This document shows positions 56,197 through 64,000 of a stretch of 64,000 nt of DNA, one piece after another. This DNA comes from Macrostomum lignano (taxonomy: Eukaryota), in NCBI GenBank assembly GCA_002269645.1, contig NIVC01001956.1, positions 22,663 through 86,662 of the forward strand, given 5' to 3'. The notes under the pieces are model-generated. The model was not told the DNA's origin. It did not search any database and saw nothing but the letters and a program-made list of their open reading frames with translations. Numbering within the stretch: the stretch's first letter is position 1; each line of letters begins with the position of its first letter. Both the position numbers and the translations under genes were made by a program.

Positions 56197-56611
56197 GGAT
56201 ACCGAGGGAGCTCTACGAGTTTTGAGTACCGAGGAAAACAACGCTTATTCTTGTTACCTTGCTCTGTCTTGAGTAGAAACTGCGAATATTTTATGGTATT
56301 AGAGACTGAGAGTGAGCACAGGGTTTTGAGAACTGCTCATTCGCGGTAGACCACTGCAACCCTACCCGTCCACAGCTTGTGTGTCCATTCTTCGCCTTCG
56401 GACCATCTTTGAACAATGAAACTGCCTGCCCCCCCAACCTTTGCGCGCTGTTCCTTCCGTTCTTCCCTGTACCTCGCACACTCGGATGGCCAAATGTTAA
56501 CGAGCTACTCAAGCATCTTGCTCTAAAAGTTCTAACCTGCCGCACCAACTCAAAAACCGGTACAGAAATAGCAGTCTGTGGCAAAATGAGATTACATGTG
56601 CATTTTGTAAT

Positions 56612-57440
56612 AGTTGCTCCATTGCTTAGGCATAGCCTCATATCCACTAGCTCCATTGCTTAGCCATTAGTCTCATCCACTAGCTCCATTGCTTAGCCAT
56701 TAGTCTCATCCACTAGCTCCATTGCTTAGCCATTAGCCTCATCCACTAGCTCCATTGCTTAGCCATTAGTCTCATCCACTAGCTCCATTGCTTAGCCATT
56801 AGTCTCATCCACTAGCTCCATTGCTTAGCCATAAGTCTCATCCACTAGCTCCATTGCTTAGTCATAGCCTCATATCCACTAGCTCCATTGCTTTGCCATA
56901 GCCTCATATCCAGTAGCTCCATTGCTTAGCCATTAGTCTCATCCACTAGCTCCATTGCTTAGCCATTAGCCTCATCCACTAGCTCCATTGCTTAGCCATT
57001 AGTCTCATCCACTAGCTCCATTGCTTAGCCATTAGTCTCATCCACTAGCTCCATTGCTTAGCCATAAGTCTCATCCACTAGCTCCATTGCTTAGTCATAG
57101 CCTCATATCCACTAGCTCCATTGCTTTGCCATAGCCTCATATCCAGTAGCTCCATTGCTTAGCCATTAGTCTCATCCACTAGCTCCATTGCTTAGCCATT
57201 AGTCTCATCCACTAGCTCCATTGCTTAGCCATAAGTCTCATCCACTAGCTCCATTGCTTAGTCATAGCCTCATATCCACTAGCTCCATTGCTTTGCCATA
57301 GCCTCATATCCAGTAGCTCCATTGCTTAGCCATAGTTTCATATCCAGTAGCTCCATTGCTTAGCCATAGCCTCATATCCAGTAGCTCCATTGCTAAGCCA
57401 TAGCCTCATATCCAGTAGCTCCATTGCATAACCATAGCCT
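56612..57440. repeat. 33-bp minisatellite (AGCTCCATTGCTTAGCCATTAGTCTCATCCACT)n, ~25 copies
   Basis: Directly visible, with recurring variant blocks. Confidence 0.96.
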
Positions 57441-57914
57441 CAGTCAGTCTCTTAGTTATTTTCCAGTCAAAAAATTGCTTCCCCATCAAACATAACTCGT
57501 AAAAGTACGTTTCTTCATTTCAAGCACTGCGGTGGCAGCCTCCTCATCCCAGTGGATGGCAGGCTCTCTCACACGGTGAAACAATGGAAAGGAACCGCGC
57601 GAGGCTCTGGTGTCAGTCTCTCTGTTTTACAATTTGCTAACATTTCCTACTTTTTACGCGGATGCATTCCCTACAGAGTGAGGATCTCGGGCCAATATTG
57701 GCATGTGTTAGTTCCCATCCTGATGCTTGCAACCTATGCAGGTTTTATACATTGTATGCACATTATCTGCACATTATCTGCACATTTTTGCTAAGTCTGC
57801 ATAGCAACTGCCGAATAGAATGACTAAAAAAGGTTCACAGACAGAAGTTAGTTTGACTCTTCAATCCCCCAGAAGATTCACCCTTATAGTTCCTCAGGTG
57901 CGACACTAGCCCCA

Positions 57915-58430
57915 TATCCATCGCCATCTCCATCCCTATCTCCATCGCCATCTCCATAGCCATCTTCATCCCCATCTCAAGCTCCATCTCCATCCCCATC
58001 TCCATCCTCTCATCTCCAGCTCCAACTCCATCCCCATCTCCATCCTCTCATCTCCAGCTCCAACTTCATCCCCATCTCCATCTCCGTCCCCATCTCAAGC
58101 TCCATCTCTATCTCCATCCTCTCATCTCCAGCTCCAACTCCATCCCCATCTCCATCCTCTCATCTCTAGCTCCAACTCTATCCCCATCTTCATCCCATCT
58201 CCAGCCCCATCTCCATCTCCATCTCCAGCCTCATCTCCATCCCCATCTCGATCTCCAGCCTCATCTCCATCCCCATCTCGATCTCCAGCCCCATCTCCAT
58301 CCCCATCTCGATCTCCAGCCTCATCTCCATCACCATCTCGATCTCCAGCCTCATCTCCATCCCCATCTCGATCTCCAGCCCCATCTCCAGCCCAATCTCC
58401 ATCCCATCTCCATCCTTATCTCCATCCTCA
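57915..58430. repeat. C-rich CCCATCTCCA-type low-complexity/tandem repeat
   Basis: Directly visible. Confidence 0.9.
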
Positions 58431-58438
58431 CCGGTCAC

Positions 58439-58663
58439 CTGCGCAGCCGCCCTCCGCCGCCGCTCTGCCCTCAGCTGGTCCCGCCGCCTTAGAATGTGCC
58501 GCAGGTCATCCGGCTCCGGCGACTCGATCTCCGACCCTTCCGATGCTTTCGAAGCTTCGCGAATTTCGGCAACGCGGATTTCGCTGCTGGCAGGCTCGGG
58601 AGGCTGCTGCTGCTGCGGCTGCTGGCTCTCGCTAGAGCTCACCGAGAACATTCGCCGGTACAT
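58439..58663 (-). CDS. Putative coding exon (MYRRMFSVSS...ERRRRAAAQ), possibly a 5' exon of the DCX-EMAP-like gene
   Basis: ATG-initiated, GC-rich 75-codon frame ending at CAG|GTGACC. No in-phase link to the downstream exons was found. Confidence 0.35.
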
Positions 58664-59230
58664 CAGTCAATCCGACAGCCGACAAGGTTCAGCCGCAGCC
58701 GGCATAAAGTCGTTCGGCCTTACTATCTTCAATATATCTGACTTGTGGGGACCGGTGTGAGCCACTAGGCAGCAGAGGGATTCAGAACTAAAAGTTTAAA
58801 AAGTTAACTTCAAGGGGCAGCAGCTGGATGGAGTTCCACGCGGCTGCTACTTAGCAGAATCCTTGGCAAAAACATTTCTATCTTTTTTCGCCTCCCAGTT
58901 GCTAATAGCAACGCTTGGGGAGCGCCTCCTTACATTCGCGAGGCCAATTCTTTTTCTGCCTGCCTCTGTCTCTCCCATCTGTCATCCTGCTCCGCAGCCA
59001 GTGCTATGCTCAACTGAATCTGCTCTCCCCTAACTCCGGTCGCCACCTCTGCTCAATCTTGTCACTCCCTGGCCTTTGGGAGCCAATCTATTTTCTTTTC
59101 TCCTATTAATCTTTTTTGACTCCGACATAGTTCAGCGTCCTTCAATGTCCTGATCTCGACTGCCTACTTTTAGTAACCGATTGGAATCGTTTGTCGATTC
59201 TGAGTTTTTAAAAATTTCTAAATTTCTAAA

Positions 59231-59718
59231 GAGGAGAGGAGAGGAGAGGAGAGGAGGAGAGGAGAGGAGGGAGAGGAGAGGAGGGAGAGGAGAGAGAGAG
59301 AGAGAGGAGGAGAGGAGAGAGAGGAGAGGAGAGGAGGGAGAGAGAGGAGAGGAGAGGAGAGGAGAGGAGGGAGAGAGGAGAGGAGGAGAGGAGAGGAGAG
59401 AGAGAGGGAGAGGAGAGAGAGGAGAGGAGAGGAGAGGAGAGGAGGGAGAGGAGGGGAGAGGAGGGGAGAGGAGAGGAGAGGAGAGGAGAGGAGAGGAGAG
59501 GAGGGGAGAGGAGGGGAGAGGAGGGGAGAGGAGAGGAGAGGAGGGAGAGGAGGGAGAGGAGGGGAGAGGAGAGGAGAGGAGAGGAGAGGAGAGGAGGGGA
59601 GAGGAGGGGAGAGAAGGGGAGAGGAGGGGAGAAGAGGGGAGAGGAAGGGAGAGGAGGGGAGAGGAGAGGAGAGGAGAGGAGAGGAGAGGAGAGGAGGGGA
59701 GAGGAGGGGAGAGGAGAG
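59231..59718. repeat. Pure polypurine (GGAGA/GAG)n tract, ~490 bp
   Basis: Only G and A on the plus strand. The overlapping SSPLL/ERRG ORFs are artefacts. Confidence 0.97.
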
Positions 59719-61862
59719 TACTGAATGATTGCTGATGAGCACGAATACCACAAAAGCTCAAAATGCCACTGGCAGTCTTCTTATGCTTTTCCAATGCCTC
59801 ATTTGCATTCCATTTGAGTCCTTTAATCTCTAATTGCTCAAACTATAAAATTAAACAAAATAACTGTTGGACTTATTTCTTAAATTTATATAGAGTAGAC
59901 TACTATAGAACATTCGTGACTTGGTATATAAATTGCAGTAGCCCTTAGAAACCTGAATGACTGGCAGTTGAAATACCCAAGATCTCAGTTCGACTTAAAA
60001 AAACCACGATGCTCCATCATATCCACCCGTTGCTCCGAGACTCTGGATGACTATCGAAAGTTAGAAAATGTTGTAGGCCCAAGATTCCTCAAGCGGACTG
60101 GCTCATCTGTCTTTCGGTCCCTTGATGCTGGGGGGCTGCCGCTGAGGACCCGCTGGTTGAAGATGCCGATGCCGGTATCTATAATTACAGTAATTGTAAT
60201 AAATATCAGGAACGGTGAAGCGTGGCGAGCAGCGCGCACCGGGGCCCAGCAATTTTTGAGCCGGGATAGGTAGAGATTTATAAGGAGGGACCAGCGGCTG
60301 GATCAAGGAGGCCCCGAGACAGAGTCTGGAGTGCCAACTGCTCCGAAGCCTCATTGTCAAGAACTTCGAGTGCAGAACTGCAAAGTATTTCTCTGTTGTG
60401 TCAACAAATTCTATCAAAGCCAACTAGCTGTCTATTGTTAGGAATTGCTTGATTGTTATGTGAAATATGAAAAACATCCCCAAACTGATATAGAAAGCAG
60501 TTGCTCAGCGTAGTGCTTCGATTCGCCCGAGGGTTGTGCGATTCACAGCCATGAGGGCCAACCCCAAGGCAGAGAGGGTGCACGTGCTGAGGGTGTGGAC
60601 TGAAAAACTGCAGTCAGGGTTTCGCTGGAGGAGTTGCCACCCCAGTCTCTGGGTTTGAGTCTCCCTGGCTCCCGAGCCCCTTTGGGACAGAGTTTATCAG
60701 AGCAGAAGAGAGCTGAAGCTATTTTTGGCCCCGAAGTTCAATCCAATGACTGCCCGACGGGGTCGTCCTTGGGATAGTTGGGCCAGGGACGTCTTAAGTT
60801 AGAAATCTGGACTGGAAACTGGGCCCTTTTTTCCTAGAAACAGTAGGCCAATATTTATGCTTTCCTCATTTGCAATAAAACTATCGATTTACTTTAAAAC
60901 TGTATAGTCCGAGTCCTTCGGTCCGAAGGATTTGTCCTGTAATACCAGATGAGAGAGGTGTAGAAAAGTCAAAGAGACCCACCAGAAGTTTCCTGTGAAG
61001 AAGACTGCATTTATCCACTTTAGCCAAGTGAAACAAAAACTTTTTATCCTTTCTAGTGAGCTACACTCGATTCGAGCAACATTTTCTACCTTGTAACGGC
61101 ATCAGCTCTGCTTTAAATAATTTGATTCTTCGGTAACTTTCTGCAAAATCAGGATCGGTCCTCCCGCACCAGATGCTGCGTCCAAAACTCCCTGGTCAAA
61201 GCCTTCTATTTAAGTCCCTGCCCGCGACTTCTCAGGCTCCCACTCACTCGCTCGCTGCTTTCTCACTCTCTCCGAGCCTACCCGCTCCAAATAACCCAGG
61301 GAGTGCGCGCTTGACAACCGCCCAGCAACCGCCAGGTAAGCCGGGGGGGGGGAAGTTGCTAATCCTCAAGTTTGTGTCGCCGAATCAACGCGCAGATCAA
61401 CGTTGTTCCAGGTTGGGCAGCCTTCAAAACCAGCTCAAGAGTTCCGAAATAAAATTTTGCGATTGGCATCAGCAGGGGGGGGGGATTTTACGCTTCGCAG
61501 CTTCCGCTTCTGCCGGGCTCCATCGATTGAAAATCCCCCCCGTTGCCTTTAACAGAGTCTCCCTCGCAAACGAGTCAATTGTGAAAATTCTCTCCGACGG
61601 AAATCGATGCAACTGAAGCGCCCGCTGTCAGTAGGGGGGGGGGGGGGTCGGGTGGAGTCGCATGAGAATTTCTTTTTTTCCTTAAATTTTGTTCCGTTTT
61701 GGACAACAGCAGATTTGATTGGTCGCCGGGCGGGGTTCGCTGTCGGGGCCGGCTAAATACGGCATTTCTCCATTGGAATTGCAGCCGAGTCAGCCAAAGG
61801 CCATCACGGGCATCTCCGACCGCTTCACGCAAGCCCAACTCAATCAGAGCATTCGATTTCTA

Positions 61863-62201
61863 ATGCAGTCCATGCAGACAGTGCACCTGCTGTGCCTCCT
61901 GGCCCTAGCAACCATCGCCGGAGCGCGAAGGTGCCAGGTGAGCCAGCCGCCAGCCACAGCGGATGGCGCCTGGACTCACGAGTACAAGACCTGCGACTCC
62001 GGCTCCGACTTCTGCTTCCGGGGCCGCCTAACGGGCACCGGGGAACGAGCGATCCGCGAGCTGTTCGACTGGCCCGTGACGCGCGGCCAGGTGCTCCGGG
62101 CCTGCGTTGAGTCCATCGAGCCGCCCATGGAGGACATGTGGAGCTGGTACGAACTCAAGAGCATTCGCGTCTGCGCCACGGACGGCTGCAACAGCAGTTG
62201 A
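61863..62201 (+). CDS. Small secreted three-finger/Ly6-uPAR-like protein, 112 aa, 6 Cys in the mature region, no GPI tail
   Basis: Signal peptide (HLLCLLALATIAGA), then RRC...KTCDSGSDFCF...RACV...CATDGCN-SS-stop. The C-x4-CN terminus is typical of LU domains. The CDS is uninterrupted. Confidence 0.8.
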   Translation: MQSMQTVHLLCLLALATIAGARRCQVSQPPATADGAWTHEYKTCDSGSDFCFRGRLTGTGERAIRELFDWPVTRGQVLRACVESIEPPMEDMWSWYELKSIRVCATDGCNSS

Positions 62202-62455
62202 ACGAGTTGGCGCGAACGTCTACGACGAACTGAAGGAGTATCGGTGGTCAAAAACTTTCAACTTTAATCCTTCTGCTTGGAGAGAGGCGAAGCGCCTCGC
62301 TCTCTGATCCCCCGGCTTACCCTCTCATTATCTGGCGCGTTGCGATAGCAGCAGATCTGGCAAACTTGAGATCAATTATCAAAGAAATACACAAAAGCCG
62401 ACAATAAAAGCTATAAAATGAAAGTAGCAACCACTTGTCTGGTGCCTCTTTGTCT

Positions 62456-62632
62456 GCGTTGGTCATTGTTGTCTGTGTTGGTCATTGTTGTCCGCGTTGG
62501 TCATTGTTGTCTGCGTTGGTCATTGTTGTCTGCGTTGGTCATTGTTGTCCGTATTGGTCAATGTTTGTCTGTTTTGGTCTCTGTTATCGGCTGTGTTGGT
62601 CATTGTTGTCTGCGTTGGTCATTGTTGTCTGT
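62456..62632. repeat. 19-bp minisatellite (GTTGGTCATTGTTGTCTGC)n
   Basis: About 9 imperfect copies. Confidence 0.88.
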
Positions 62633-64000
62633 GTTTGGCCTGCGTGAATGTGTGGCATGTGTACATATCTGCTCAGCGCCACGTTGATTTGCGAAATTGC
62701 TACAGTAAAGCATGCCGACTCATCGATGCAATAATTATGCGATGGCAAAACACGCTTCTCCTTGTGAGTTGCGGCTGCCTTCACCAAATGAATCGAAACT
62801 GCGAGACTTCAGACAGACTTCTGACGCACTTGACTCCAGCGCTGGAGAACCGATTTCATTTTCTCAGCCACTGCCAGCATGCATCGAATTTCTACCGTCC
62901 ACTTGGACCTCCTCCCGACGACTACTCGAAGTCCCCCTGGGTAGGGTACTTCCGGCCGGGAGAAAATCCCTTGACAGGAAATTTCTTCCGTTCCTGCTTT
63001 CCGTATTCGGATTCTGCATGCATAATTAATTCTATAGTATCAGGCGGATGGAGCCTTTCCTTCGGGCCTAGAGGTGCTCCAGCGGGTGACCACCGGAGGG
63101 TGAACCGGGAGGTTTCCTCTCTCTGACTGCAGCCTGAACTTTGAGGCCACTAACTCGATCGAATTGATTGTGTGCTCTATGCTTAACAAGCATTACCCTG
63201 CAGTGTTTAACAGCGGTTTACTCAGGTACTCTCAGTGAAATGGCTAATTTAGTTTGTTCAGTTCGAATATAAGCCAGTCCACCTGACCGCTGGGCCGTGG
63301 AGTTCTAGAACGAGCTGTCTGGAGTGGAAACGCCGACTTGTTCGAGAAACCAGTGAGAATTATGATCTTAAATAGAACTAGCCTCTGGTTATGGAGTCTT
63401 TAATTCTACTGACTTTGTGTTGTGTGTACAGTGAATGAACGCACTGCAGTCCAGATGTTGTGTCCAGAGCTCCATGGCCCCTTGCCCGCTGCTGGGGAAC
63501 CAAGCGTGAGTGATTGGCGCCACTCCAGCTCGGCGGCACTCGGCTGTCCCCTTAGCAACTCGATCTGGCCTCTTCGCACCTCGCTGGTCTCGCCGAACCC
63601 TTGATTAGCTGAGCCGCAGTCAGGACACGGGGCGAACTTCTCCGAGCCTAACGACTGGGGAGATGCTTCGGGAAGAGAGATGATCGCAGCTAAAAATAAC
63701 CACACAGAAGCGCCGAGCACCGGTGCATTTTCTCTGGCAGGTGAGCCTTGAGAAAGACCCATTTCTCAAAATTGCCCAAGTATTGTCTTCACATTTAAAG
63801 ACCCCTTTTTAATATAGCATTACCATTTGGGCTTACATACATTGAAGTTAATCCAATATACGGTAATGGAGCTTTTGTCTATGTAGCAAGGCTGGCACTG
63901 CGGCATTCAATTTGGTCCAATCGCTCGTGAGCCATTCGGCAAACTCTTTACCTTCTCGCAACCGTCTGCGATTGTTGCGTACCGCTGGAAGTTCAGCGTC

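Noticed and set aside
59132-59794. Extensin-like (SSPLL)n and (ERRG)n ORFs
   Set aside because: Artefacts of the polypurine tract.

Overview
This is animal genomic DNA with GT-AG introns, many tandem repeats and transposon debris. A free-living flatworm (Macrostomum-like) origin is my inference and is not demonstrated. All gene models were assembled by hand from splice sites, reading-frame phase and family motifs. Minus strand: (1) a ~20-exon SCY1-family pseudokinase/HEAT gene (SCYL2/Ppk32-like, 34354->4714); (2) a tandem array of 3 complete plus 1 remnant ankyrin-repeat genes with IkappaB/Bcl-3-like repeats and divergent low-complexity N-termini (45891->36579); (3) a DCX-EMAP-like gene with two doublecortin domains, a HELP motif and WD40 repeats (56196->48363). 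Plus strand: (4) a neuropeptide-like precursor with an uninterrupted CDS encoding 7 identical FSAPGTYDW peptides (10313-10678), apparently nested antisense in a SCYL intron; (5) a small secreted three-finger (Ly6/uPAR-like) protein with only 6 Cys (61863-62201). Mobile elements: a 2-kb gag-protease-only LTR element with identical LTRs and a 5-bp TSD, a Penelope-type inverted pair of minimal hammerhead ribozyme motifs, a decayed Ngaro/DIRS element, a Harbinger-like MITE and tRNA-derived SINE fragments. The best candidates for undescribed biology are the FSAPGTYDW precursor, the ankyrin array, the hammerhead pair and the 6-Cys three-finger protein. No CRISPR array, rRNA or intact tRNA is seen.
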